From positions 454,875 to 518,874 of the forward strand of contig RDEW01000009.1 of the NCBI GenBank assembly GCA_011109175.1: 64,000 nt of DNA. The letters are read 5' to 3'. How positions within the stretch are numbered: position 1 is the stretch's first letter; the number at the start of each line of letters is the position of its first letter. Made by a program: the position numbers and the translations under genes. Source of the stretch: Dicyema japonicum. Taxonomy: Eukaryota; Animalia; Dicyemida. Below the pieces are notes generated by a model, which did no database searches, had not been told where the DNA came from, and worked only from the letters and a program-made list of their open reading frames with translations. Shown here piece after piece: positions 63,780-64,000 of this stretch.

Positions 63780-64000
63780 TATTTTAAACCCCAAGACCAC
63801 AAAGAAAGAAAGGTTAAACACACTAATTAAGTTTCCCCAGCCTCCAATATCCCCAAAACATTGAATGTTCAGACAGAGACCTAATTGCCCTCCAGAAATG
63901 CCTTCTTTTTGTGTTTTTCAGAGAATTCTTTGAAGGCGTATTCTTTTGGTCCTTGTTTTTTGAAGATCACCGAACCGGACCTACGCCTCTGGAGGCCCTT
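63780..64000 (-). mobile_element. LINE 3' end running off the window
   Basis: GGAGGCTGGGGAAACTTAATTAGTG...TGTGGTCTTGGGGTTTAAAATAATAA, homologous to 43790-43860. Confidence 0.65.

Overview
AT-rich eukaryotic (metazoan) genomic window. Host genes are compact, with ultra-short GT-AG introns (22-29 nt in those I reconstructed). This architecture resembles dicyemid mesozoans or another reduced parasite; that identification is inference only. Recognisable host genes: a CARD-containing caspase homolog that has lost both catalytic residues, ZCCHC8, NCAPG, a probable cathepsin-L pseudogene, a J-domain protein, XRCC3, COPB1, RPS24 and an ankyrin-repeat protein. A large part of the window is mobile DNA. 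It includes a near-intact Ingi/Vingi-like APE-RT LINE with a 2A StopGo motif, five short non-autonomous partner elements, a full-length PHD-RT-RLE CRE-like element plus many CRE fragments, RTE- and R4-like remnants, hAT-like remnants, and two intron-containing Ginger2/TDD-like integrase transposons with 5-bp TSDs. The strongest novel signal is a covarying HDV-topology nested double pseudoknot at the 5' end of the LINE and its short partners. Its J4/2 strand is non-canonical and A-expanded (C-N0-3-AAAAA). Many apparent frameshifts sit in homopolymer runs and may be assembly errors, so pseudogene calls based on frameshifts are uncertain. All folds, splices and alignments were done by eye; boundaries of decayed remnants are approximate.
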